Assembly: GCA_010356995.1 (NCBI GenBank)
Contig: ML996692.1
Span: 445,933-509,932, forward strand
Length of the DNA: 64,000 bases
Reading direction: 5' to 3'
DNA from: Trichodelitschia bisporula
Taxonomy: Eukaryota
Positions within the stretch are counted from its first letter, which is position 1; every line of letters begins with the position of its first letter. Below the pieces are notes generated by a model. It was not told the origin of the DNA and did not search any database. It saw nothing but the letters and a program-made list of their open reading frames with translations. The translations under genes and the position numbers were made by a program. Shown here one piece after another: positions 12,900 through 25,699 of this stretch.

Positions 12900-15262
12900 A
12901 TGGCGATCACTCCTCCTTTGTCGACGGCCACTGGCTATGGCGTCGTTATTGGGCTCGGCTTCCTGTTTGCGTAAGCTACCCCGCCGGAGCTACCTACGGA
13001 TGGCGCTAACATGCACACAGCTTTGCCATGATCTTTACGACCTTTGTCCTGAAGAGGTAGGTCATAATGTCCCCATTAGGGCACCTGGTCCAACTCAATC
13101 TGCATTGAGACATGCCGGGCCTGCGTCTACAATTTTGGACGTCAGCTGATCCGCTGCTAGGTACAACTATGAGTTGCAGACATCTGAGATGTTCAGCACG
13201 GCTGGACGTACCGTGAAATCCGGTCTCGTCTCGGCTGCTGTCGTGTCGTCCTGGACCTGGGCTGCTACGCTGCTTCAGTCGACCTCCGTCGCGTACAACT
13301 AGTAAGTCACCCATACGCAGCTCCATGGACCAAGCTCACCCCCATCAGTGGTGTCTCCGGCCCGTTCTGGTACGCGTCCGGCGCAACCGTGCAAATCATT
13401 CTCTTCGCAACCCTCGCCATCGAGCTGAAGCGTCGCGCCCCCAACGCGCATACCTTCCTCGAAGTCATCCGCGCGCGCTACGGCGCCGTGACCCACTGCG
13501 TGTACATCGTCTTCGGCCTGATGACCAACATCCTCGTCACGGCCATGTTGCTGACCGGCGGCTCCGCCGTCGTGACGTCGCTGACGGGCGTGCCCACTGC
13601 CGCCGCCTGCTTCCTGCTCCCCGTCGGCGTCGTGCTGTACACCATGTTCGGAGGCATCAAGGCTACCTTCCTGACCGACTACGCCCACACCGTCGTCATC
13701 CTCGTCGTCCTCCTCACCTTCGCCTTCACCACCTATGCCACAAACGACATCCTCGGCTCCCCCGGCCGCGTCTACGACCAGCTCGTCCTGGCCGCCAAGC
13801 GCCACCCCGTCGAAGGCAACCAGGACGGCAGCTACCTGACCATGCGCAGCAAGGAAGGCGCCATCTTCTTCGTCATCAACATCGTCGGTGCGTCCTCCCC
13901 CACCACTTCTCCCTTACCCTGGGTCTGGTTCTAACATGCGCAGGCAACTTCGGCACCGTCTTCTGCGACAACGGCTACTACAACAAGGCCATCGCCGCCT
14001 CGCCCGTGCACGCCCTGCCCGGCTACGTCGCCGGCGGCCTGTCCTGGTTCGCGATCCCCTTCCTCGCCGCCACGACCATGGGCCTCGCCGCGCTCGCCCT
14101 CGAGAGTAACCCCATCTTTCCCACGTACCCGAACCGCATGGCACCGGCCGATGTGTCCGCGGGGCTGGTGCTGCCGACTGCGGCGGTTGCGCTCATGGGC
14201 ACGGGCGGCGCCGTCGCTGCGCTGCTGCTCGTGTTCATGGCTGTCACGAGCGCCATGTCCGCGGAGCTGATTGCCGTGTCGTCGATCTTTACCTATGACA
14301 TTTTCCAGACTTATTGGAACCCGAAGGCGAGTGGAAGGGCGCTCATCACCGCCAGCCATTCGGCCGTTGTTGCGTATGCCATTCTGCTGGCCGCGTTTTC
14401 GACTGCGCTGCACTATATCGGGTAGGCGCTCCCCACCCACCCCTGTGTAAGGGACCCTGCTAACAAGCACAGCATCTCAATGGGCTACCTCTACCTGCTC
14501 ATGGGCGTAATCATCTCCTCCGCCGTCCTCCCCGCCTCGCTCACCCTCCTCTGGAGCCAACAAAACTGGTGGGCCGCCACGCTGTCCCCTCCCCTCGGCC
14601 TCATCGTCAGCCTGATCGCCTGGCTCGTGACGGCCAAGAAACAAGGCGGCGAGTTGACCGTCGCCACCACCGGCGCCAACAACCCCATGTTAGCGGGCAA
14701 CGTCGTCGCGCTGCTCTCGCCCATAGTCTTCATCCCTATCCTGACCTACGCGCTTGGCCCGCAGCACTACGACTGGGAGAGCATGAAGCAGATCAAGCGC
14801 GCCGACGACCACGACCTCGCGTCCGCCGCACACGTGGATCTGGAACTCATCCCCGGCGGACACGTCGAGAACGCAAACGAGGAGGCGCAGGAACAAGCCC
14901 TCCTCGCCCGCGCGGCCAAGATTTCGCGCTGGCTCACCGTGTTCCTAACCCTCGCGCTGCTGGTCCTCTGGCCGATGCCCATGTACGGCAGCAAGTACGT
15001 GTTCAGCAAGAAGTTCTTCACGGGCTGGATTGTGGTGGGCATTCTGTGGATGTTCTGCTCCGCCATGACGGTGGGCGTGTACCCGCTCATCGAGGGGCGG
15101 CATACGATGAAGCGGACTGCGTTGGCGGTTTATCGCGATTTGCGTGGCAAGGGACGGGCGCCGGTTACGCATGGCGCGGTGGCCGAAGAGACGGGCGCGA
15201 GCACGCCGGTGGAGAAGGGCGCGGAGGCGACGCCCGTGGAGAAGACGCCCATTGAGAAGTAG
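12900..15262 (+). CDS. DUR3: Urea active transporter (SSS family); introns 12971-13020, 13057-13160, 13302-13348, 13888-13943, 14422-14472
   Basis: Spliced motifs [90 protein letters not shown] and [21 protein letters not shown]. Confidence 0.96.
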
Positions 15263-15463
15263 ATGGTCCCAGTGTAAGGGAGCGAATTTGCGTTTGCGTT
15301 TGCTTTTTGGATGTGCGTAGGGTGGGGTGGGGGATAGGATGATACCATTCGCTTTTTATGGCGGGCTAATATACCCCGATGCACGGTCGCGGTTTCGCTG
15401 ATATGCTGCTGCTGCGTGAAGTGCGAGGCTGCTATGTCGCGGGTAATCAACCAGGAGAGCAGC

Positions 15464-16215
15464 AGAAATACACTGCAATTATGGCAGAAATCTGTTACCT
15501 GCCGTCGATATGGCACAGGGTCGTTCTGTTCTGAGTCCTTTTGACTCTGGATATGAATAAGGTTATGCCCGAGATTCGAACCACGCGGTTCGAATCTCGG
15601 TGAGTACTCAGATCGAGACTTTCGGGGAGATCTTCGGGGTCTCGGTCTACAGTGAGTGCTCGTACATGCTGATAGGGTCATGAGAGCCTGCGCTCCTCCA
15701 CCGTTTGCATGTAGCATAACCAATGCTACTCCCGCGAGGGAGCTGCTACTGCAAAACCTTTCTCAGGAGGGGTTTCGTAGGACTGGCAATCTTGTCAGAT
15801 CTGAGCTTTTTGCTCCTTGAAGCGTTTTTCTTGCACATACTAACTCTCCGCCCACGATACAAGCGCAGCAACACCTTTCCAACGCATCTCAATACGGATG
15901 TACTTCTTTTGCATCCCGTCTGTCGCTTGTGTATTTTTGAGCGCTCCCAATGTCTCCCTCATCGTCCCCTCCACACTGCACTTAAGCCTTCCTCAGTTGA
16001 GGGAATGATGGAATCTGCGAAACAACACCAGCCCTCAGAACATGTGCCCCGAGCCAGAACCAGGTAGTCAAGTACGTATATACCGGGCCACCGATCCCCC
16101 TCGATCCCAACATGGCCAGCCATCCCTTCCTAGAAATCCGGCAGAACGCACGCCGCGCGCTCCCACGCACTTCCACGGAGAAGCGCCCGGATGGATGCAA
16201 CGCAAGCCCATATGA
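15464..16215 (-). repeat. Diverged dispersed repeat, copy A (inverted relative to copy B at about 39075-39920)
   Basis: Its reverse complement aligns by eye with 39075-39920; for example AAAAAGCTCAGATCTGACAA.ATTGCCAGTCCTACGAAA.CCCTCCTGAGAAAG, and 74/84 identity for 15566-15647 vs 39739-39822. Outer boundaries are approximate. Confidence 0.9.
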
Positions 16216-16583
16216 GAAGCGCCGGCTTCTTCCCGAGAGTTGGATGTTCGGATTCAATTTTGTCGTTGGACTAACTAAGCAGTACTAGTTCTAGGTATCC
16301 ATTCTACACGTCTTTCACACAACCACAACGTCTATAGCTTTATCCGCGGATCGTGGTCCGCACTCTGTTGATGCATGCGTGGCATAGTCACCGCCCTATT
16401 TTCTACCGGGCAGTGCGGGAGAGCATCATCAGCCACACCCTCAAAGCAAAAAAAGGGTATCAAAAACAATCTTTCAAATTGGCCGTCATTCATACCCCCT
16501 CTACCTCTCACTATCAACACAATCATAACCCCCACTCCCCAAACGCCCATCTCATCTCATCCCATCCGATACCCAAACGAAAC

Positions 16584-19211
16584 TCAGATAAACCCCCCAG
16601 CAACAGGCACAGCAGGCAACGGCCCCCTCGGCGGCCCCCCAACCGGCATCCCCACCCCCGCAGCCCCCCCCGGCGGACTCGGCAACGGAATCCTCGGCGG
16701 CGGCACCGGCGGCGGCAGGCCCGGCACCATCATCGCCGGAATAGACGACGAAGTCCTTGCGCGCAGCGCCCCGGGCCTCTCGGGTATGTATACCGCGGGT
16801 GCGGGGTCGTGGGGGGGTATGGCTGTGGACTCAGGGCGGGGGCGGTCGGGTGCGCCGCTGAGCTGTCTGAGCCCGCTAAGCTCCCTAATCCCGCTGCGCT
16901 GCTCGCTACGCGACTCGCTTCGCTCAGCAAGCGAGGGAGGAGAGCGCGACCGTACTACGCCGCTAGCGCGCCGCGCGCGTGAGTTGGATAGGAAGGGCGC
17001 GGGATCGGACCGGATTTGCATGCTGCTTGGGCGGCGGAGGGGTTTCTGCATAGACGGGCCGGCGGCCACGCCCGTTTGCGCGGCGAAGGGGGTTGGTGCG
17101 TAGAAACTGGCTGAGGGGGCGCGGGGGCGCGAGAAGGAGCCTTCGGAGAGGCTGGCTAGGGTTGCCGGGGTTGAGGGGAGGGAGGAGAAGCGCCTCGGCA
17201 CGAAGGGTTTTGTGAATGGGGGGTTGTTGGGGTCGTTTGGCGTGGGCGAGGGGTTGATGGGGACGGGGCGGAAGAAGTTTTTCCTGGGGGTTGGGGGCTG
17301 GTCGAGGCGGCTTAGGGAGCGGGAGGTTAGGGGGGGCAGGTGCGGGAGGGTGGATTGCCGTCTGGACGGCTCGCGGTAGGGCGGGGCGGAGGCCGGGGGC
17401 GAGGCGGTGCTCGGGCGGTGCGGGGGGAAGGAGGCGGATGGGAGCCCCGGGGAGGGGATTTCGAGGATTGTAGTTGTGATGGGCGGGTCTGGAGATGTGG
17501 TGCGGAGGAGGCTGGTGCGGCGGTCGGGCGGGGAGCCGGAGAGCGGGGCATCTCGCTCGAGGGCCGGTTGTAGGATTTGCATTGTGCGGCGGCGGGCGGC
17601 GGGGTTGGCGGCCAGGGGGTTCATGTAGGAGGAGCGCAGGGCGGCAGGGTTGCGCGCGGGCTCTGGAGCGTGAGCTTCGGGGAAGAAGTCATGCTGGGGG
17701 GAGGGGGGAGAGGAGGAGCAGTGCGAGGTGGGGATGGTGGCGGTTTCGGTTTCGGAGGTGCGCGATGTGCGGATTGAGACGAAGGAGTGGCGCGAGCCTT
17801 CGCGGAGCTGGTCGAGGCGGAGTTGCTCGCTTGATACGACGGTTGTGGCGATTGAGGATGCTTCGGTTGAGCTGGTTGGGCTCGGGCGGTTGAGGTTGCC
17901 GTCGCGGTCGGAGACGGATGCCTTGGGTGAGCTGGATGGGGAGGTCTTGGTGGAGATGTTGATCGGCGACGAGACGGTTTGCGGAGGGGACGTTTCTGCG
18001 GAGAAAACACCGATGCGGGAATTGGTCGACGAAGCACGCGCGCGACTTGTCGCACGGCTGCGCTGGGAAGCTAGGGACTGCGCCGCCTCGACGGCGTGGA
18101 TCTCGGCGCTATTCCTCCTAGACTGCAGGTTTTCGGGTTCCAGCTCTCGCCGTCGCCCGGAAAGCTCGTCGATCATGTTCTTGATGGCCTTGAGCCAGGC
18201 GTCCATGTCCTCGGCGCTGTCGAACACCATGATGATGCTCGACGTGTTCCTCCGGACAACGGACGTGGGGAGCCGCAGGCGGGATAGAAGCGACCGGGAC
18301 TTGCTGACGGTCGTGCCGCCGTCCTCGTTCGCCGATTGAATGACCTGCACGACCCAGTGCTTTCCGGGGATGAGATCACACGCAAACGCGGCCGACTTAT
18401 CGCACAACTGCAGCGTCCTCTCCGGCATCCGCGTAGCACTTCCATTCCCGGAATACTGGACCAAACGGCCCGCCTGAACAAGCGCAAAGAACTTGTCGAC
18501 CAGCTCCGGTGAGTCAGAAAGCTGGGGTTGCACAACAGTACCCGACTCTTGCGCCTCGGCCTCCCCCTCGGGATTCTCACGGACAAAGGGCAGGGACGTG
18601 GTGCTACCGAACGCTGTCTGCAGCAAGCCCTGCTGCTTCCGGTAGTTATGCGCGCGGATCAGGCCTTCCACGGACATAGTCGTCCCCTTGACGATGCCCG
18701 TCTTGATCGACTGCGGCACAACCTGGAACATCGGCGGTGGGCCCCAGTCCTCTGGAGGTCGCGGCGGGTTGCCGACCTGGGGATTGAGGACCAACTCTTT
18801 CCGCGGCGATTCCTCAGGCTTGGAGGGCGATTGCGCCGGCGGAGTTACACTTGTGGCGGGTTCGGCGCGCCGTCCGTAGAAGTGAGCCGGGGTCTGGCTG
18901 CGCTCCGGGATCGACTCTGGGATGTCGTACTGGCCGCGCGCCCGCTCAACCTTTGGCCGGCTGAACAGGTCGAAGAGGGACATTTTGGACTGGCGACGGT
19001 CGACGATTTCAGATCGAGCCAGAGATGGCTTAGGTGCCGGCTGGGATTGGGGTGCTGGTTCCTGTTCCGGTTCTGTTGCCTTCGGCTCCGGAGCGGGCGT
19101 GGCTGGGGTGGTGCGCGAGAGATTCCATCGTAGTGACAACGGTTCCCTCGATTTGGATCCGAGGAAGTTGCGGCCGAGTCGGCTGCGGCTCCTGGGCTCA
19201 GCGGATGCCAT
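16584..19211 (-). CDS. PH-domain-containing Pro/Ser-rich protein, 875 aa
   Basis: Long uninterrupted ORF; PH-like core (FFALVQAGRLVQYSG..PERTLQLCDKSAAFACDLIPGKHWVVQV...MVFDSAEDMDAWLKAIK) with the terminal Trp helix; C-terminal PPPVPPPRIPLP polyproline. Confidence 0.82.
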   Translation of the reverse strand: MASAEPRSRSRLGRNFLGSKSREPLSLRWNLSRTTPATPAPEPKATEPEQEPAPQSQPAPKPSLARSEIVDRRQSKMSLFDLFSRPKVERARGQYDIPESIPERSQTPAHFYGRRAEPATSVTPPAQSPSKPEESPRKELVLNPQVGNPPRPPEDWGPPPMFQVVPQSIKTGIVKGTTMSVEGLIRAHNYRKQQGLLQTAFGSTTSLPFVRENPEGEAEAQESGTVVQPQLSDSPELVDKFFALVQAGRLVQYSGNGSATRMPERTLQLCDKSAAFACDLIPGKHWVVQVIQSANEDGGTTVSKSRSLLSRLRLPTSVVRRNTSSIIMVFDSAEDMDAWLKAIKNMIDELSGRRRELEPENLQSRRNSAEIHAVEAAQSLASQRSRATSRARASSTNSRIGVFSAETSPPQTVSSPINISTKTSPSSSPKASVSDRDGNLNRPSPTSSTEASSIATTVVSSEQLRLDQLREGSRHSFVSIRTSRTSETETATIPTSHCSSSPPSPQHDFFPEAHAPEPARNPAALRSSYMNPLAANPAARRRTMQILQPALERDAPLSGSPPDRRTSLLRTTSPDPPITTTILEIPSPGLPSASFPPHRPSTASPPASAPPYREPSRRQSTLPHLPPLTSRSLSRLDQPPTPRKNFFRPVPINPSPTPNDPNNPPFTKPFVPRRFSSLPSTPATLASLSEGSFSRPRAPSASFYAPTPFAAQTGVAAGPSMQKPLRRPSSMQIRSDPAPFLSNSRARRASGVVRSRSPPSLAERSESRSEQRSGIRELSGLRQLSGAPDRPRPESTAIPPHDPAPAVYIPERPGALRARTSSSIPAMMVPGLPPPVPPPRIPLPSPPGGAAGVGMPVGGPPRGPLPAVPVAGGFI

Positions 19212-21864
19212 GGTGAGTTTTCATCTACCGATGGCGTGGACTTTGGGGGGACGTTGAGAGATATCTGAGTGAGTGAGTGATGTACACGGTGCGATACATG
19301 CGAAGCTGGCGCGCAGTGGCGAGTCCGAGGTAAATCAAGGCGAGCAAGGGAAGGTCAAGGCTGATGATGCTGCCGTGGGGTCTGGTGGTTCGGCAGGAGG
19401 CTGAACGTGGGGCGCACAATGCCAGGGTTGGAAGCTGCTCAGAGGATTTTGAGGATCCAGATTTGAAATCGGTGAATGATACGAAGGATGCGTGCTCGTC
19501 TTGGCCCGAACGGAGGATCGATAAATGATAGAACGGGAGCTGGCGTGAAGAGAGCGACTGATCGAGATGGAGAAGAAGGCTGCTTGCTTGACGACAGACC
19601 TAAAACGGGTGACTTGCGCAGTTGAGCGGGGGAAGAAGCGAGCGACTGTAGGCAAAAAGGACCGAAATGAGCGTGGGGGAGAAGAGGGCGCGCGCGCGGA
19701 GGGGCACTCCTTCTCACGAAAGACCGATCATGAGCGAGAAATGAAGGGAGAGAGTCGCGGACTTGGTCGCGTGTGAGCGAAGGTGAGTCGAGTTTGTTTG
19801 TTTGTTTGTGCGAGGAAGAAACTGCGGGTTCTTTGCGGGTCTAAGGTGGGATGTTGGACTGGAACTAAGAGAGGGGGAGCGGATGAGCTAAAACGCAGGA
19901 GAAGAACGCGAGAGGCTGTGACAAGAGGCTGGCGAATGCACGGAGCGGGAGTTGGCTTTAGGGGGGTGGAGGGAGGGGGAGAGTGAGGGAGGTGTGGCAC
20001 AGGACGGACAGCCAACATGGTCATCCTTTCTCTTCGAGTGACAAGCCGACGAGTTCGGGCGTTTTGAGAGGAGAAAAAGAGGCGTTGAAGAGGGGAATTT
20101 GTTCGCCTTGGGCTCAGGCACAAAATTCAATCTTATGCACGATCAGGGAACGCCAACCGGGAATTGCCCTGCGTGGTGGTTGGGCTTGCAGTCTTCACCT
20201 GCGGTTTTTTCACAGCAAACTTACAGACAAACGACAAGGCTAGAGACTCACTATCCATCTCCGTGCGCGATGGTGGTCGAGAGAAGAAGAACGATCTGCG
20301 CCATGGGGCTGCTGTACTAGTTTGGATTGAAGCCCGGGGTAGGGGATAGTGGAGGAGTTTTGGAGGAGATGCGTAGTGATGGAGTTGACGGTAGGCATTC
20401 CCCTGATTCTGGTGGCTTTTTTTGGGAACGGCTGCCGAGGACGCGAGTCTGCTGCGCGAGAATGAACTTTCTCGAACAGCGAGCGAGTATTGTGAAGCAT
20501 CTGAGGAACAGGATGTAAGGCAGGTGACAGGACAGAGAATGACGAGCAGAAGATGCTGAAGAAGGGATGCAAGTAGCCACCCGCTAGATCCTTGATGGCC
20601 AGCACATGTCGTCGTCTTCCACTGGTTCGCGGCGGCCATGCTGTGGGAGTTGCACAAGAAGACAATGGGATGGAGCAAGCTGAACAGGCTCAATGCCTGA
20701 TTGACTCCCCTAGCAGTTTCTCACGCGAAGAGCTCCCGAGTCTGTCTGCGCGTCGCCGTCTTTTGATGCGACCCATCCCTGGCCCTCGAACGCCTCCACT
20801 AGCACAGAATGCAGATTCATGTTACAAGGGGAAGCGTGCCATAGGCCCTTCATCTCACGTCCAAACACGCGTGTAGGGCAACTGGCGCGAAGCGACTTTA
20901 TCAAACAGCATTCCCTCATCAACACAACCTCAAAAATTCCGGAGTAACAACCGATGGAGGCTCAAACGAACCCCAACGCCCGCGGCCCGCCCTACGGTAC
21001 CGAACCCAAAACCCAACCGCCTGGTAGATCTTCTTTTTCTTTTGTCTCTCATTGCTGACGGTGCAACGATCCTTTAACTGCCCAGTGCTTCTTCGTCGGG
21101 TGCCCTCCTAACTACCGGGGCACCGCGGATTGTCTTCCGAGCCGTCCAGCCTGAAGCCTTGCCCGCTGCCGGGCCTGCGCCCAGTGGGGCCAGCCTCCCG
21201 CTAGCCAGGCTTAGAGCGGGTGGTGAGACGTCCGGTGCGGATATTGGCCGCGGACCCAATATCCAAGGTACTATTTACCGTAAAGGACGATCAATTGGGG
21301 GAGGCAGCAGACGACGAGAGCGAGAAATGACATCAATCGCATGCTCAAACAATAGCGAACAATGAAAACAGGTCGCATCCCCAGCTCGTCGCGTGTCGCG
21401 AACGCGTCTATCCCGGTCTACGGAGTAGTCCGCGTGGGAGTAGAATCGCGCGCGCGCTATTGATGGGTTATTAGGGCCCAGGTGTGCGGGATGGTTTCTG
21501 GCGCGGGCGAATCGATTGGCGTGTTTGAGGCGTTTCTTTGCGCGTGAGTTTTTCTTGATGCGAAAGGTTTGTGACGACTGCCGCGTTGTCCGCCCTGCCG
21601 TTGTGAGCTCGCTACCGGGACGCCGCTTCGGACAAACGCCTTCTCGGTTCCTGACTGTTGGGATGATCTTGCGATTTGACTTGCGACCGTGTCGAGGATG
21701 GCAATAAATCGCCGTTCAGTTTTGACGTGCTCGTTGAGATCCAGAAGAACTTCATGTGTCCCTGGTTGGTATGGACATGACGTGTGGATATCATCATCAT
21801 TTCCCGACTGGACCTCCCCTTCTGCTGCTGGACTGCTATCAATTCGTGCTGCTACGGAGTACAC

Positions 21865-21873
21865 TTCTCTCTT

Positions 21874-21915
<42 letters not shown>
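21865..21915. repeat. (CT)n microsatellite
   Basis: Read directly. Confidence 0.9.
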
Positions 21916-21919
<4 letters not shown>

Positions 21920-22810
21920 AACAGGCTTCAGAATCGATGCTTGGGCTCTAACTTTCCTGCAATTTTGAATCTCCGAGCTGTCGGTGATGGGTAACAGTCT
22001 CTCAGAACCGCATATCACAGCATGTCGTCAGTATTGGCTACAGGTTCCGCGCGGGGAAATAGGTCCCATTCTCGGTCCCGGGTCCAGATTCCTGCTCTCC
22101 AGTGACCCGTGAATTGTCACAACAGGACAAACAGGTATATATTCAACATCGTTACGACAGCCCGTCTGTCATTGTGACTGCAGCAGTACCATAGGGAAGT
22201 CAGATAGAATAAACTGGTTGTCAACAGCGTGTGTCCAGACTGTCGATCCGAGCCCCGTTCGCGGGACGCTTCCGCTGTTGAACCGGGGGCTGGGATGCGC
22301 ACGCCGTTCCAACTGTCAGCCGAACGGTTTTCGTCGTTTCCTCAGCCTTTATAGTGATCGACGTTTAAGGTGGGGCTCTCCATCCTGCAGGTGGGGTGGC
22401 TGGCTGGAAGTGAAGCTGCTCGGTCGGCATGACGTTTATCGGAAAGCGAACTGATTGCCGGCTCTTATTTCCGTCTCGCATGCTTGCTCCGTGCTGCAAT
22501 ATTCGGCCCGTTCGGGATCTGCAGCTCAGTTCCCCGTGAACGGAGCTATCGCGAGATGACGGGTGATGGCACATCAATTTTGCAGAGTCGATATCATCCA
22601 GAGTTGCTGTGAGTCAAACAGGTTGACCACGTGCGATGAAACAGTCATAAGTTGGTATACAGTACCATAGCTGAAGTTTCTTGATCACTCTGGGGCCAAA
22701 GATGATACAATATTTAGGAAGCATGATGATACCATTACCCGTGGTGGGGTGAGCCAGGTGCTGCACCTGACAGTAACTACCCCCTGCTTGCCTGCAAACG
22801 ACGGTAGCCG

Positions 22811-22834
22811 AACCTCAACCTCAACCTCAACCTC
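22811..22834. repeat. (AACCTC)4 hexamer repeat
   Basis: Read directly, upstream of the gene starting at 23012. Confidence 0.75.
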
Positions 22835-23011
22835 TCCTTGACCACCAACTCACCTGATTCCTCTCCTCCATCCTTTATCCCACGAACAAAGATATCAGGA
22901 AGCTCAAGAACCAAAGCAACCAATCCATCACTCACTTCCTCCTCCATCCTTCCCTCCCCCCTCTACCGTACGCTACCAACCCCAAAACCCCGCCTTCTTC
23001 TACCCCGCACA

Positions 23012-23882
23012 ATGACCTCCCTCCCCACCGAACCCGCTCTCCCCCCCACCTCAACCTCAACCCACTCCCTCGCCGCCGCCGCCACCCTCAACGCCGGCAT
23101 GCAAAACGACGCCCGCTCGCGGCGCGGTTCAGAGCGCCGCCGCTCCAGCGTCCGCATGTCGCTGACCCTCAACGACCCGACCCTGCCCTCGCCCGGCGAG
23201 CTCCAGATGTCACCGAGGCAACACCACCGCGCGCCCAGCCTGAGCGAAATCGCGCAGGACATGGAGGCCGAGCAGGAGATGCACGTCGTAGGGCTTCTCT
23301 TCCTACCTTCCCGCTCTTCCCTAACCCCCCACGTTAGAATAGGCTCCTCTCCATGATCCGCCACCAACAAGCCCAAATCCAAACCCTCACATCCCAAAGC
23401 AGCGCCCCGCCCTCCAGCGCCAGCGCCATCGATGATAGCACGCCCACGTCCGAACGCTCCCTCGCGCCCTCCGCCAATACCTCCGCCACGCACATCCCCT
23501 CCGCATACCCCGCCCCCCCACGCTCGCGCCGCACGAGCCGCAACCCGTCGTATCGGTCGAGTCGCGAGGGGTCGCCGGCGCTACGCGTAGTGTCCGGTAC
23601 GGATGGGGAGGCGGCGACGAGCCCGCCGGTGCGGGACGAGGCCGTGTTTTATCAGGCGGAGGCGGCGGCGTTGCAGAGGGAGAATCAGATGCTTAGGCTT
23701 AGGCTTAGGGAATTGGGTATGTTGGTTTGAGATTGTGGGGGGATGAGTGCTGATGGGATGTAGAGCGACAGTATCACGATCTGCATCATGGGGTGCCGGA
23801 GCATGCGCCGCATACGCCGTCGAATCTGCATTCGCCGCCTATTAATACCGTGGAGGGTGGAGGGAGGACGCTGGGGCAGTGA
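23012..23882 (+). CDS. Hypothetical coiled-coil protein; introns 23288-23337 and 23717-23763
   Basis: Canonical introns join HHRAPSLSEIAQDMEAEQEMHV|NRLLSMIRHQQAQIQTL and DEAVFYQAEAAALQRENQMLRLRLREL|ERQY in frame; stop TGA 23880-23882. Confidence 0.8.
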
Positions 23883-24337
23883 TGGCATTGGGAGAGGGGG
23901 TACCGTGGGCTGTTGTGTATGATTTAGGTGGGCAGGGCGTTTGATGGCGGCGTTGAGGGGCTGCAAAATGGCATGGAGAATTCCTTGAGCTGCTTCGGAC
24001 AGACGAACCTCGCTATTCTCTGCTGAGCATGCGGACTGATTAATGCTACTTGATGTGGGCGTTGAGTCGGATTGTATGCGGCATATCTGGTATCACGCAT
24101 TTGCTTTGCCTCATCCGTTGGACAATATGGATGCGGTGGCATCATGGACATTTCGAGAGTGGCGTCCGAACCTAATCAGTCCAAACCATGACGCAAACAA
24201 CGCCATCACCGCAGCAATCAATACGCGGCATTCCACCCCAGCACCCACAAGTACTAGCACCACGCCCCATGCCTTACAAACAGTCCCCTACGCCATCCCA
24301 TCCAAAAACGCCCAGCCCAGTTCCCCCCACCGTAAAC

Positions 24338-25699
24338 TCACAAATACACCATACGCGCATCCTTTGGCACCGACTCATTCGGGCAATAGGGGCACTTGAA
24401 GCGCGTCCCCTTACTAATCTTATCCAGGCTCTCCTTGCAAATGACATGGCCACACGGCATCATCATCGGCGGATTCGCATCCGTAGCCTGTTCCTTGCTG
24501 ACGGGACAAACGAAGATAGAATGGAAGTGGTAAGCCGGCGGGAGGGGAATTTCAACCTAGCCCACGTTAGCCGCAGAGAACCGCAAACGGGGTACGAAAA
24601 ATCTTACGGGTAACTCGTCCTCGGTCGTCCACTCCGTGCGCTTCTTCTCCATAATACTCCTCACTTTATTCAACACGGGCAAGGCAATCGCCCCCGCCGT
24701 CGCGGTGACATAAAGCGGCGAATCAGCGCTCAACCCCAGCAACGCGCAGAATTCCTTCATGAAGCTGGCGGCGACGTCATCCCACGCCCCGGCGCTGCTG
24801 AATACGCCCCGGTACGGCGAGTCGCGCACGTTGGGCCAGAAGGCCATGGCGCCCACGAGCTGCTGCACCTCCGCCTGGTAGCGCTTCTGGAAGGACCCGA
24901 ATTCGGAGCGCATGTAGGCCCAGGCGCGGAGGGGGCCGTCGGCGGGATTGGCGACGGGGGATGCGGTGGCGCCGCCGGTAAACAGGCGGACGAATTCCAG
25001 GCGGCACAGCTCGAATTCTAGATTGGAGGCGCGGGATTCGAGGGCGGGGGCGTTGGAGCGCGCCCAGGCGATTGCGGGGGCGACGTTGTGGTTCTCCCGC
25101 AGCTCGTGCAGGATGGTGTACATGCTTGTGAAGCGGGCTTGCAGGGCGGCGGATTTGAAAGGTGGGTCGGAGGGGGGGGTGGGGCGGGAGAGGCTGGCTT
25201 CGTGGGTGAAGGAGGTGGCAACGCTGAAGCAGCCTTCGCGGAGGAGGTGCATTGCGATGGCGCGGTTGAGGAGGTGGGTTTGGGGGGCGATGGGGTCGGG
25301 GTCGGAGGGGGAGGCGGGGAGGACGTAGTGTTTGAATTTCTGTAGGTGAGTTGGGTGCGTGGGACAGGGTGGGCGATGGCATACCTTATCTAGAGCTTTG
25401 GAGTAGCTGTTCAGGGACTGCGATATCTCCTTCATGTCCGCGGCTATCTTCTCGTGCGACTCTTTGACCGGTGTCTTCAGGCTGCTGAGGAGCAGGGCTG
25501 CGCGCGCGGGTTCTGGCAAGGCTGGTTAGTTCACTGCAATCGGGCGGCGTTGCAGGTGCCCGGCATGAAGGAACATACCTGTTTCGATCTTGTCGCGAGT
25601 GGCATTTAGACGGTCGATTAGCTGCTGGACGTGGTCGATGGCCTTGTTGTAGTTGCCCCGCTCTTCGAGCTTCTTGAGCTCCTTCTGGAGGTTGTCCAT
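24338..25699 (-). CDS. RMD5: GID/CTLH complex RING E3 subunit; exons 25579-25699, 25385-25512, 24608-25339, 24338-24556
   Basis: LisH ([14 protein letters not shown]), CTLH (AIAWARSN...LEFEL), CRA ([13 protein letters not shown]) and degenerate RING ([41 protein letters not shown]). Confidence 0.94.

Noticed and set aside
15569..15600. tRNA gene suggested by GGTTCGAATC
   Set aside because: No acceptor stem, D arm, anticodon arm or A-box; kept only as a B-box-like motif.
20954..21111. Possible two-exon micro-ORF (MEAQTNPNARG..., intron 21024-21085)
   Set aside because: Only about 32 codons, branch point far from the acceptor, and no recognisable similarity.
22723..22770. C/D snoRNA-like ATGATGA...CTGA
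   Set aside because: Too short (about 48 nt), with no terminal stem or recognisable rRNA guide.
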